NCBI GenBank assembly: GCA_964016885.1 | Contig: OZ024745.1 | Location: 115,320,001 to 115,384,000 of the forward strand | Source of the DNA: Eledone cirrhosa | Lineage: Eukaryota | Direction: 5' to 3' | DNA: 64,000 nucleotides | Shown: positions 51,895 to 63,657 of the stretch, one piece after another | Layout: the number at the start of each line of letters is the position of its first letter | Numbering within the stretch: the first letter of the stretch is position 1 | Position numbers and translations under genes: made by a program | Notes under the pieces: generated by a model | What the model was told of the DNA's origin: nothing | The model's input: the letters and a program-made list of their open reading frames with translations, nothing else | The model's database searches: none

Positions 51895-52545
51895 TTTGTC
51901 AGTTTTGAACAAAAGTGCAACGATGGTTGCCGAACACTGTACGGCGTAATTCGGGCTGTTTGTTTACAAACAAACCGAACATTATAATAAATGTTCGGTA
52001 AACCCATACGTACATATATATATGTGTGCATGTATGTATATATATATACATACTACTGTACGTCTGTATATATATATATGTATGTACGTATACATACTTA
52101 TATTTAAGTATCAACCGTACTAAGAGTGAGAAAATAAATTTCGTTTTATTCTTTTCCATATATATAATATATATATATATATATAAAATATATATAATAT
52201 ATATATAATATATGTATAATATATATATAATATATATTATATATGGCTTCTCAACATTCTCTACCAGATATTTTTCATTGTTTCAATTTTCATTTTTATT
52301 GTTTATATATATATATATATGTTTCTATGTCCTTTTTTTTTCTTTTCTTATATAAATAATAAAAATATTTACACGCACAAAACACACACCGTACCGTCCT
52401 GTACCGTCCTGTGCCGTCTGTAATGTTTTTCTTGATGTCAGCCCTTGTGGTCAATAAAAATAAAGTACCAGTAATGCACTGGGTAATTGCTGGCCTTGTG
52501 CCTAACGTAAAAACAATTATTATTATTATTATTATTATTATTATT

Positions 52546-53040
52546 GTTCTTTGAGTCTCAGTCATTGATGTTGGTTAACTGGAAAGTCCGTTGGATTGAA
52601 TATCAAGCCACTACCTGCTACCTCAGATATTCAGGACGTATCGGAGGGTTCTTGCTGTTCCCAGCAAGCATGCCTTTTGAAGCGTTCCAAAAAGCGTGGC
52701 GGGGCCAATTTTCTTTAACCATCCCTGGAAACTTTTTGAGATAGTACCTAGTGCGCCTATGACAATCGGGACCACTTTGACTTCATGGCAGTTCCAAATC
52801 CTTTTTACCTCCCACTTTAAGTCCTGGTATCGGTTAATTTTCTTCCTCTCCTTCTCTTGCACTCTCGTGTCGAATGGGCAGGCCACATCCACAATCAGGC
52901 ACGATCTTTTTTCTTGTCCAAAACCACCAGGTCAGGTCTATTGTGTTCCAGTTTCTTGTCCGTCTGTATCCTAAAATCCCACAGCACCTTCACCTGATCG
53001 TTTTCTATCACCGACTCTGGCTTATGCTCATACCACTTCT
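52546..53040 (-). mobile_element. Dong/R4-like RLE LINE 3' end in (TAA)n
   Basis: HNRPDLVV..DVACPFD..KKINRYQDLKWE..VVPIVIGALG..LQKACLLGTARTLR; (TTA)n both sides. Confidence 0.9.
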
Positions 53041-53120
53041 ATTATTATTATTATTATTATTATTGTCCTGCACTGTTCTTAATGTCTACTTTATGTAAAC
53101 CCTTGTGGTTAATAAAGAAA

Positions 53121-53152
<32 letters not shown>

Positions 53153-53265
53153 GTTATTATTATTATCGTTATTATGTTTTTTTGTGTTTTTTTTTGTGCA
53201 ATGTCCATACTCGATAACGAGGGGGCAGCCATCATCATCATCATATATATTATCATCATCATCAT

Positions 53266-54212
53266 CATCATTTTACGTCTGCTTTTCCCTGCTTGCAAGG
53301 ATGGGACGGGTCCTATTCTGCACAGCATCTCTCCACTTGTCACGGTCCGTCGTCATCTCCACCGTGAGCTTCAGCGATCTGAGATCTGCTCTCACCACCT
53401 CCGCCCATGCGTCTTCCTTCAACTGGCATTTCTCGGCACTTGTTTACCCAGCGGTCATCCTCCATGCGCATCACATGTCCATACAATCGCAGTCTTCTCT
53501 CCCGCACACTACAACTTATCCCTCTTAAACAGAGTTTCTCTCTCAACACATCCATGCTCGGTCGTTCACGTACATTGACATTGCACATCCAACGGAGTAT
53601 CTTGCTTCATTTCTTTCCAGCCGTCGCATATTCTCTGCAGTTTCTGCCCATGTCTCACTACCATGCAGCATCGCGCACCTCATACAGGCATCATATAACC
53701 ATACTTTCGTACGCAGGGAGAAACCCTTCTTCGTTAGCAGAGGAAGCAGCTTCCTAAACTTCTTTCAACCCGTCCTTATTCTATAGCCTCGGACCCCCCC
53801 TCCCCCATGCTAATCTGATCACCTAGGTACCGGAAGCTATCAACCACTTCTATAGAACCTACCTACATTTGAAAAATGTGTCTATCAATGCGACTTCTAC
53901 TGACAAATTTCCCTGTAGATCTACTGCGTACGTATTTTTCCCTACCCGTTAGTTTGCCTGCTATCCCACTACATCTCTTGTGTACCCTAGATCTGCATTG
54001 TGTACATTTAATAGAATTTGCCAGTTCCTTTTCTGCATATCGAACATAGCCATTTCCCTGACGGAGTCAGAGTTTTGTCCTCTTTTCTACTCAACACTTT
54101 TGTCTTAGCTAGGTTCACTCTCAGTCCTCTTAACTTCAACTGCTGTTTCCATAGCCAGAATTTATTCTCTAGCTCCTCTACTGATTCTGCTATAAGAACC
54201 AGATCGTCAGTG

Positions 54213-54214
<2 letters not shown>
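53266..54214 (-). mobile_element. RTE-clade LINE 3' part
   Basis: YTDDLVLIAES..LRVNLAKTKV, CSICRKG Cys-rich insert, FRYLGD, RRLRLYGHVMRM; (GAT)n tail. Confidence 0.85.
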
Positions 54215-54262
<48 letters not shown>

Positions 54263-54265
<3 letters not shown>

Positions 54266-54697
54266 TAGTATCAGTGCTCTGAAATAGAGATGTATGTATG
54301 AATGTATGTATAGTATATTGGATAATATACTGTATGTTTAATTAAAAACATTTTGAAGACCATTCGCTGAGTTTTAAAGTAGTGACTATGTCACTTACTT
54401 GTTTTTCGTTCGTTAGTGGTTATCAAGATTGCATATCCCCTCGCTTCTGCCAAGATGTATAGAAGCCGGATTCTTATAGAATTCTAGTGATATTTAAGAG
54501 CTGATTACACGGAGCAGTTGCCGGTCCAGCAAAAATTAGGAATTAGTATCAGTGCTCTGAAATAGCGATGTCTGTAAAATGTAAGTATACTAGCCGTTTC
54601 TCGCTCGTTAGCGGTTATCAAGATTGCATATCCCTTCGCTTTCTTCAAAATGTTTTAAAATAAACATACTGTATATTATCGAATATACTATACATAT
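54263..54697 (-). mobile_element. retrozyme-like unit (278-nt period) with terminal inversion
   Basis: attagtatcagtgctctgaaatag repeated near 54264 and 54542; colinear with 16897-17253; 54641-54695 inverted. Confidence 0.62.
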
Positions 54698-55491
54698 ATT
54701 TCAGTATCGATGGATTGCCGGAACTGGAAGAGCATCGGGTGAATTGCTTTCTGGTATTTGTTCCTTTCCTTTGCATTCTGAGTTGTTAAGTAGAAGACTT
54801 AACCCCTCACACAGTTTCATGCCATCACCTGACCTACAAATGCTTCCAACTGGATTAACCCTTATTGTAATTATTCAGGCCAGGTCTCTAATTTGGAGAT
54901 AATTTCCTCCCCTCTTCCCACCAGTTTTAGAAATGTCATGGGCGCTACCTTTTACTGACTAAGCTCTAAGAATTATTACTTATAATTTTCTGTTTTATTT
55001 CTTTGCTTCAGCATGCTTAGAACGTTTTGATAAGATGCTATTGTATCTTTACAACACATCTCATCAAAGCTAGTTTTCCGATTTTCAGTCAAACGTTTTA
55101 AATCAAGAAGTATTTTATTTTGATTTATCTTTTTACTTGTAGTTTATTTCTCTAATAATTTAATTGCGTTGTTTGTTCTACATTGAAAATTAATTGAATA
55201 TGTCGCCAGTTTATCGTCATTACCGCCGAGTGTTTAGAATCTTATTTGAACAGTTTTGAACATTGGTGATGTTGTTAAGAGGCTGATGAAGATGAGTAAG
55301 GATGCGATTGAAGTAGATGTCAACATTTCAGAAGAGAACAACCTAGATTGAATTTTCTAAGGAAACAAACAAAAACAAAAACATATACATACACACACAC
55401 ATACACATACACATATACATACACATATACATACACACACATACACACATATACACACTCACATACACACACATACACACATATATTTATA

Positions 55492-55532
<41 letters not shown>

Positions 55533-55564
55533 ACACACAGTAATATGGTATATATGAAGCACTT

Positions 55565-56480
55565 AACCTCAAAACTTGCTTGTGTCGTAAGCAGTGACGA
55601 CAGGAATAACTCTCCTCCTCCTCCTCCTCCTCCTCCTCCGCCTCCTCCTCCTCCTTCTCCTTCTTCTTCTTCTTCTTCGTGGAATAGTCGTAGGGAACCA
55701 ACTCCATTTGATCCGGCTGGATTCCCAAACGAAGACCAACAAAACTCATGGATGTTATCCAACCAACTTGCTCCTGGTCTACTTCGGCGTCTCCTGTCGG
55801 TTGGCTTTGCCCGCAAAATATGTCCAGCGATTCTTTCCTTAGACATTCCAACCGGTTGCATATGATACTCCGATTCCTAGAAGTAGTGGATCTACCTGGA
55901 GAGACTCCCTGATCTTTGAGTTACGCACTCTATGGAGTAACATTATTCTAAATACCCTTCGGAGGAACCTCTTAGGGTAATAACCATTGGTAACAATAGA
56001 CATGAACACCGAACTGAAAATAGCGACTTTGGCTTTTACACACACCTGTCTCCATTCATCTCCTGACAGTATGTTTAAACTTGTGCAATACCACACCAAC
56101 GTCAGCCCCAGCATTTCTTGCACTTAACTCAGCCTTCTGCCGTCCATCACAAGTGAAAACGACTACAGGAGACTTGAATGTCTCCAGCTGTTTCAGTGTA
56201 ACTTCAAACACAGGCACTATGTAGGCATTGTTCAGACTATGCATGTCTCCGTCTTCGCAACACTGATTTACATGTCTGTCGTGTAACACACGGTAGACAA
56301 TCTATCCAGTACATATGCCGGACATCAGTTTCCGACGAGCTAAGTAGCACCGTGTTGTCTGTAAATTCCAACCGACTTCCATCGGTTTAGATACCACTCT
56401 CTATAAAGCTGCTCATGTAAATCCTGTTCATGAAGATTATGAACACTTACCACCATGTACAGACTGCATCAGGATATTAA
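55565..56480 (-). mobile_element. degenerate RTE-clade LINE fragment
   Basis: [50 protein letters not shown]. Confidence 0.7.
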
Positions 56481-56510
56481 ACATGGAGATGGAAACCGTA
56501 ATGTCTACAA

Positions 56511-56794
56511 CATGCATGGGCAACCTTTTTCGAGAAGCCGGCCGCGTGAGATATGGCTCATCATCAGGCGGGCTGCAAACGCTAATTTACATTCGTGCCC
56601 ACATTAAAGAAAAAAGGGCGGTAACTCAGATTTCTTTCTTCAGAATTCGTGCACGTTGTTTCCCTCGATCGTAAAAATGATAGAAAGATAAATTACGACT
56701 GAAAGGTTTGGATAAAAAAATCAGAAAGATTTCACTTAGTTGACTTAGGCGAGCCATTCAGAAAACTTCGCGGGCCGCAGGTTGCTCATGATTG
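56511..56794 (+). mobile_element. hAT-type MITE
   Basis: TIRs catgcatgggcaacc / ggttgctcatgattg; 8-bp TSD gtctacaa at 56503 and 56795. Confidence 0.88.
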
Positions 56795-57538
56795 GTCTAC
56801 AACATTCCCAACTTTCTCGTAACGCTATGTAAACTTGCAATAGGTGCATCTAGACTGATATAGCATTACCATATGTTATCTTTGATTACCCAATATAACT
56901 AAACTTGCAGTTTAGTGTCAACCTATTATAAATAGCAAACAAATCTCCTTCACATCATACACTAAGCTTTTAAAACGAGGAAGCATATATTGGACAATTA
57001 AGTCCTAGATATACTGTCACTAAACCAGTCGGTGTGATCAACAGTAGAGTATCTTTGGCCAAATATTTTCCAGATCAAGGTTGCTCCAGGGTACAACAAT
57101 AACAACAACAATCGATTTATATATTATGGATGACTGATAAATCATATATCGATTGTTTTTGTTGTTGTTTTCCCATGAATCAGCGTTGATAGCCGTGGCC
57201 ATCTCATCTTTTTATGTATAGTGTACCCCAGATGACATTATCGAACAAATCCTATTTAATGTTGTAGATATGGTCTGAGAGAGATTTAGATGCTTTTCTA
57301 GAGGTTTCCGCGCTGGTTCTCTAGAATTCGAGGATACCACTATTATTAAGATATCTTAATTCTGAACATGCAAATAAACAAATAAATATAAGATATAAAT
57401 AAATAAAAAAATGCAGATCTGACTGATCAGCAAAATATGCTAATATGCAAATATGCTAATATGCAAATCAGGCCGATCAGTCATTGTATATTTTAGAAAA
57501 TATCATATATTTTCACTAGCTCTGACAGTTGGCAGGTG

Positions 57539-57598
57539 AACAGTGGACTGCACTGATGAAGGGTAATACCCAGAAACATTAGTGTCTGCAGTTCTGTT
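57539..57598 (+). ncRNA. type I hammerhead ribozyme with canonical GUC
   Basis: ggactgca-CTGATGA-a gggt aat accc a-GAAA-cat ta gtg-TC-tgcagttc. Confidence 0.85.
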
Positions 57599-58109
57599 TA
57601 CAGGCCAACACAAAAGCAAGAATGAGGGGCTCATTCTACTGACATGGCTTTCAAAAAAGAGGCTATTTGCATAATTTCAAACGAATCGAATATTATTATT
57701 AATATTCGAAAAACTCAGATTACCTTTAATATAAGATATAATATATGCAAACAAATTGTGGTATGTAGTAGTGTTTTGTGAGTAGAATAATATATGTTGA
57801 AATATTTGAAGAAATATCCCCTCGAAGTGTAATCTCAGGATAGAATATTTACATACAATTTTTGTTTCGTTTTATTCTGAAATGACCGTTACACACATTC
57901 ACATACTCACACACAGGTAAATAGAACGACAGGTAATCCTCTTACCTAATCAGTACATTTGATAATAATAGAAAGGAATGTAAAATATAAAATCATAAAT
58001 GTAATTTTTCTGAGACCGTGACGTCATTATGGTTGATCACCCGCTGATCTCTAGCTGAGACTATGAAGGGATAGTAATTGACTTCATCAAATATTGGGTA
58101 TCTACAATA

Positions 58110-58197
58110 ATGAGAGAGGATGGTGGGAGAGAGAGAATGGTAGGAGGAGAGAGAGTGATAGGAGAGAGAGAGAGGATGATAGGAGAGAGAGAAGATG

Positions 58198-58236
<39 letters not shown>

Positions 58237-58318
58237 GTAGGAGAGAGAGAGAGAATGGTAGGAGAGAGAGAGAATGGTAGGAGAGAGAGAGAGAATGGTA
58301 GGAGAGAGAGAGAGGATG

Positions 58319-58356
<38 letters not shown>

Positions 58357-58975
58357 TAGGAGAGAGAGAGGATGGTAGGAGAGATAGAGAATGGTAGGAG
58401 AGAGAGAGAGAGAGAATGGTAGGAGAGAGAGAGAGAATGATAGGAGAGAGAGAGGATGGTAGGAGAGATAGAGAATGGTAGGAGAGAGAGAGAGAGAATG
58501 GTAGGAGAGAGAGAGAGAATGATAGGAGAGAGAGAGAATGGTAGGAGAGAGAGAGGATGATAGGAGAGAGAGAATGATAGGAGAGAGAGAGGATGGTAGG
58601 AGAGAGAGAGAGAGAGAATGGTAGGAGAGAGAGAGGATGGTAGGAGAGAGAGGAGAGAGAGAGGATGGTAGGAGAGATAGAGAATGGTAGGAGAGAGAGA
58701 GAGAATGATAGGAAAGAGAGAGAGAGAGGATAGTAGGAGAGAGAGAGCATGATAGAAGAGATAGAGAATGGTAGGAGAGAGAGAGAGAATGATAGGAAAG
58801 AGAGAGAGAGGATAGTAGGAGAGAGAGAGCATGATAGAAGAGATAGAGAATGGTAGGAGAGAGAGAGAGAATGATAGGAGAGAGAGAGAGGATGATAGGA
58901 GAGATAGAGAATGGTAGGAGAGAGAGAGGATGGTAGGAGAGAGAGGAGAGAGAGAGGTAGGAGAGAGAGAGTGAA
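58110..58975. repeat. GA-rich minisatellite, ga(a/g)atggtagga(ga)n
   Basis: ~18-30 bp variable units, read directly. Confidence 0.95.
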
Positions 58976-58994
58976 TGTAATAACTTATGATCAT

Positions 58995-59675
58995 TATACT
59001 TTCCTTACGGGGTCGATAAAATAAAGTACCAGTCAAGCACTGGGTAATTGTTGGCCTTGTTGCCAAAGTAGAAACAGTTATACTTTCCTTACGGGGTCGT
59101 AACATAAAGTACAAGTAGTGCACTGGAGGTTATTGCTGGCCTTGTGCCAAAAGTAGAAACAATTATACTTTTGCAGTTTGTAGTTATATCATTTTCAGTT
59201 CTGAGTTCAAATCCCACTAAAGTAGATATCTTCTCTTATCCACCCTGGGTCGATAAAGTAAGTATCACTCAGGGTCGATAAAGTAAGTATCACTCAGGGT
59301 CGATAAAGTAAGTATCACTCAAGTAAAAGTTGCGATTTAATCAACTTTTCCATTTCCTCCAGTTGTACAAATCTGTACAACTGTAAGAAACATTTATTAG
59401 AGCGTCAGACACTATGCTTCGTAACATAGAGTTATGGCCCTTTACGTCCAAGTTAATAAATCTGTACAAATGTAGGAAACGTTTATTAGAGCATCGGACA
59501 CCATGCTTCGTAGCATAGAGTTACGGCCCTTTACGTTCTGAGTTCAAATCTCACCGAGGTTAGCTTTGCCTTTCATCTTCACGAGGTCTATAAAATAAAG
59601 TACCAGTAATGCACTGAAATCGATTTAATAGACTCTTCCCCCAAAATTGATGGCCTTGTGCCTATAGTAGAAGTC
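58995..59675 (+). mobile_element. cluster of SINE fragments and one near-complete copy
   Basis: Repeated ccttacggggtcg 3' halves; 25-bp triplication gggtcgataaagtaagtatcactca at 59247-59321; copy 59485-59672. Confidence 0.82.
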
Positions 59676-59779
59676 GTTACCTTTTCAAAGGCTTTAAATA
59701 ACTGAATTGATAGAGTGACAGTCAAATATTTCCTAGCCATGTTTTGTTTCTGAAGTTGACTTTGTTTCAAATACTAGAT

Positions 59780-60018
59780 CAGTCATGGGCAACCTGCGGC
59801 CAAGTTACCATTTTGTACCCCAACTTTTCAGTCGTAAATTTATCATTTCTACGAGCGAGGAAAACAACGCGTGCGAATTCTGAAGAAACAAATCAAAACA
59901 ACCTGAGTTACGGCTCATTTTTTAATGTGGGCACGAATGTAAATGAGCGCTTGCGACCCGCCTGATGATGAGCCATATCTCATGCAGTCCGCTTCTCGAA
60001 AAGGGTTGCCCATGCTTG
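59780..60018 (-). mobile_element. hAT-type MITE, same family as 56511
   Basis: TIRs cagtcatgggcaacc / ggttgcccatgcttg; 8-bp TSD tactagat at 59772 and 60019. Confidence 0.9.
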
Positions 60019-60585
60019 TACTAGATGTTCTCTCTTCAACCCAATACTAGATGACTCTCTCTTCAACCCAATACTAGATGTCTCCCTCTTCAACCCAATA
60101 CTAGATGACTCTCTCTTCAACCCAATACTAGATGACTCTCTCTTCAACCCAATACTAGATGTCTCCCTCTTCAACCCAATACTAGATGTCTCCCTCTCCA
60201 TCCCAATACTAGATGTCTCTCTCTTCATCCCAATACTAGATGTCTCCCTCTTCATCCCAATACTAAATGTCTCTCTCTTCATCCCAATACTAGATGTCTC
60301 CCTCTTCAACCCAATACTAGATGTCTCCCTCTTCATCCCAATACTAGATGTCTCTCTCTTCATCCCAATACTAGATGTCTCCCTCTTCAACCCAATACTA
60401 GATGTCTCTCTCTTCATCCCAATACTAGATGTCTCCCTCTTCATCCCAATACTAAATGTCTCTCTCTTCATCCCAATACTAGATGTCTCCCTCTTCAACC
60501 CAATACTAGATGTCTCCCTCTTCATCCCAATACTAGATGTCTCCCTCTTCATCCCAATACTAGATGTCTCTCTCTTCATCCCAAA
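60019..60585. repeat. 27-bp minisatellite, ~21 copies
   Basis: Unit tactagatgtctc(c/t)ctcttca(a/t)cccaa. Confidence 0.96.
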
Positions 60586-60939
60586 TGTGTAGCTGCGCTG
60601 AAATGACTTTTGTTTCATATTTTATATTTCATATCATCAAGAAACTTTCTTTATACATTTGTTAAGGACGTTCAGTAGTAATATAAACTAAAATTAACAG
60701 AATGAAATATTTTCTATAGTGCCATTGTACTTACTAAGCAGTTTTGTGCTTGACTGCAAACTTAGTAAAATATTTCTGCGCCACCATTTTCTGTTTTTTC
60801 TTCACTTTTTCGAGAAATGTATAACATTGTTTTACAAGAAGTGTATAAGGGTCAACGGCCATCCAAAAGTGTGTAAATATATATATATACACATGTACAT
60901 GTGTGTGTATATGCATGGGTGCATGTGTATGTATAGGCA

Positions 60940-61692
60940 TGGAGGCATAGAAATAGTCGGGCTGGACACCCGATCGCGCGGTTAAACCACTGGGAGTGAA
61001 GGACCCTAGCCTTTCTCAGGGCATTCTTCTAGGAGAAGGCAACTTAGGAAACTGGGATAACTCCGATATAAAACCTGTGGCTCAGTAGTTACCGATGATG
61101 TTGATCTTTTCTTCTTTTCGGGTTATAGCTACTGTCGCTCAGAGAGTGGGGTTGGCTCAGTGCACAGTCTTTCCTCATTTTAAAAAATATCTTCGCGCAC
61201 AGGCATTGCACGATAGAATTAATTAATAATTATTAATAATGGTATATTGTGTAATGGCCATACTCGATAACGAGGGGGCAGCCATCATCATGTATGTATG
61301 TATGTATGTATGTATGTATGTATGTATGTATGTATGGTGTGTGCGAGTACGCGCGCGTTTGTATGCATGTATGCATGTATGTATGTATATTTTAGGTAAA
61401 TATCATCTTGGTTAAGAGAGTGGGACTGGCTTTGTGCAGTGCCTTTGCTCACTATAAAAGCTTCACGGCACAGGCATTGCTTTATATCTGGAGATCTCTC
61501 TGCACTTGTCATCACATGGTACCATAGGCGCAGCACTTTGTGTCAATAATTGTCACAAGTGTAGTGTTTGTACCAGAGTTTTCAAGTCGCTGGCTGGCCT
61601 GGAAAGCCACACTCGTTCAGCGCATCGGTAGGGGTTCTCCTACATGGATATAAAGTAGTGGCCGTACTCGAAAACGAGTTGGCAGCCACCAT
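60940..61692 (+). repeat. two copies of a dispersed retroposon-like repeat with a shared 3' tail
   Basis: agagtggg..cacaggcattgc twice; tail tggcc(a/g)tactcga.aacgag..ggcagcca at 61255 and 61659, also at 28771 and 53202. Confidence 0.6.
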
Positions 61693-62694
61693 GTATATAT
61701 GTATGTATGTAAGTATGTATCTATGCCTAAGTCTGTTTATTGTATGCTTGCATTTTTAGAAAATATCAATGCAAGTAATTAGACAACTCTTTGATCGTCT
61801 TGTATTTTTCCTGTGTAATTGTGTGGTAGGGTTGTGGTGGTTGCTTTCAACCTTTTTACCAGTTTCTTTCTCCTTACTCTCTGCTTGTGGTTTTAGTTTC
61901 TACATTCTATGATTTGACGTTGTTTTTCCTAAGATATGGAGATGAAAGAAATATGAACTGCTCGAACCTTTATATAATTCAATATTGTGCAATACAATTT
62001 AATTACTATATATTGACACGTTAAATTGAAAATATCTCACTAATTATTTCTTGTACAATACATTAATCAGTCATTTTTCTAGCGTATTTCCTATTTATGC
62101 AAAATAAAAAATTTTGAGTAATGGAAAAATATTTAGAATCTATCAAATATAATTAAGCCATTCAAGAAAACAAAAAAAAACTACATTTATTTAACGTCTT
62201 AAGTTGATTGTGCCTCACGTATTCTTCATGTCTTCTTAGAAACTACCACCTTTTGTTTAAATGAGTTTTGCAAACGTAATTTGGAAATAAATTACTTTTA
62301 AACTGATATTCCAAACATTATTACAAAATATTATATATTGCATTGAAGCACGAGACTCGTGAAACAACGTATACATTTACTTCTTATCTTTATAGCACCT
62401 TCAATTCACGTCATTGCAAGACATCATATCTCTCGGCTGATTAGTTTTGATGACTGTTGAAATAAAATCGTCTTCTCTAAATGTATTTCATTCTATTTTT
62501 TTTTAAACACATTAACATTTATTACACAGGCTGGATATCTATTTCGGATTATCATAAGTTGACAAATAAATGATAGCTTAAATAACTGTAAACCAAATAT
62601 TAAAGATGAAGTTACAAACATTGTATAAAAGTGAGATAATATATTTAAATTTTAGAATGACAGTCATACACAGTTTTTATAAGTCTGTCTTAAG

Positions 62695-62944
62695 CTAGAA
62701 GGCTTATTCCGGTTTCATGGCGTGAAGCGACTGAGAGTATAAGACTTTCCCCTGGACAGGACGCCAGTCCGTCGCAGGATTAAATTCCCAGCTATTGCTG
62801 GTACACATTTTCAGCTGATTATACATTTTACTACATAAAATGAAGCGTTTTGCTCAAGAACACAACACACAACCCAGCCAAGGAATCGAACCCACGACAT
62901 TATGATTGTACGTCCCACACCCATACCATTAGGCCACGTGCCTC
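62695..62944 (-). mobile_element. tRNA-derived SINE with CORE/Meta-like central domain
   Basis: A box tggcctaatgg, B box ggttcgattcc, then gtgttcttgagcaa and cctgcgacggactggcgtcctgtccagggg..gtcgcttca..gaaaccgg. Confidence 0.75.
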
Positions 62945-63569
62945 TACATGTCTTTATATGTAGAGTTTGAACATTTTCAGTATCTATAAATTATTTACAT
63001 CACATGGTTGTTCATAATGATATGGAATATTTTCAACCCATAGCTCGTCAATTTACCCTACCACTCTACAGATTTAGTCTGTGGTGTTTTCCTACACTAT
63101 GGCTTATTGTTCTATCTTAGACATAGAATAAAATATCCCATCTTCAATCTGAGAACATCTTCACCATGTATATATTTAGATATAGTCACAGATACATATA
63201 TGAGTGTGGCTACCTTTCACAGTGTGGCTTAATGAAAAATATAATTAAGCAAATAATTATTAATCAGAACTATATATAAAATTGAAAGTTTGAAGAATTA
63301 TTAGATGCGCAGTGTTTCCTCTCCCTACTCCGTAGAAATCAACCATATAAATAATCATTTAGACGCGGCTATAAGTTTAAAATGTAACTATGAAGAAATA
63401 ATAGACAAATGATACAGACTATTTTCCGCAAGGAACAGTCAGATAAAATTTATCTAGTCATTCCTTTTAGCCCGTAGAAATTAACTAGACAAATAATCAA
63501 TTAAACGGAGCTAGGTCTAAAATAGAAGTTAGAAGAAAAAATGCATATAAACTTTACCAAAATTCCTCT

Positions 63570-63657
63570 AGTCCCGACTGTCGACAGTTTCGCTCGTACT
63601 TTATGTATATATGCGATCCTGGTATTATCCATGAGGCTTCGAGCTTATCAAGAGACT
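63570..63657 (-). ncRNA. type I HHR with U3:A8 core variant
   Basis: agtctc-TTGATAA-gctcg..cgagc-GAAA-ctgtcgacag-TC-gggact (GUC site). Confidence 0.78.

Noticed and set aside
57993-59123. 376-aa ORF, the longest in the track
   Set aside because: Reads through a GA-rich minisatellite and SINE pieces
59980-60618. 212-aa repeat protein (GMKRETSSI)n, or a CRISPR-like array
   Set aside because: A 27-bp tandem unit with no unique spacers; it stays open only because 27 is a multiple of 3
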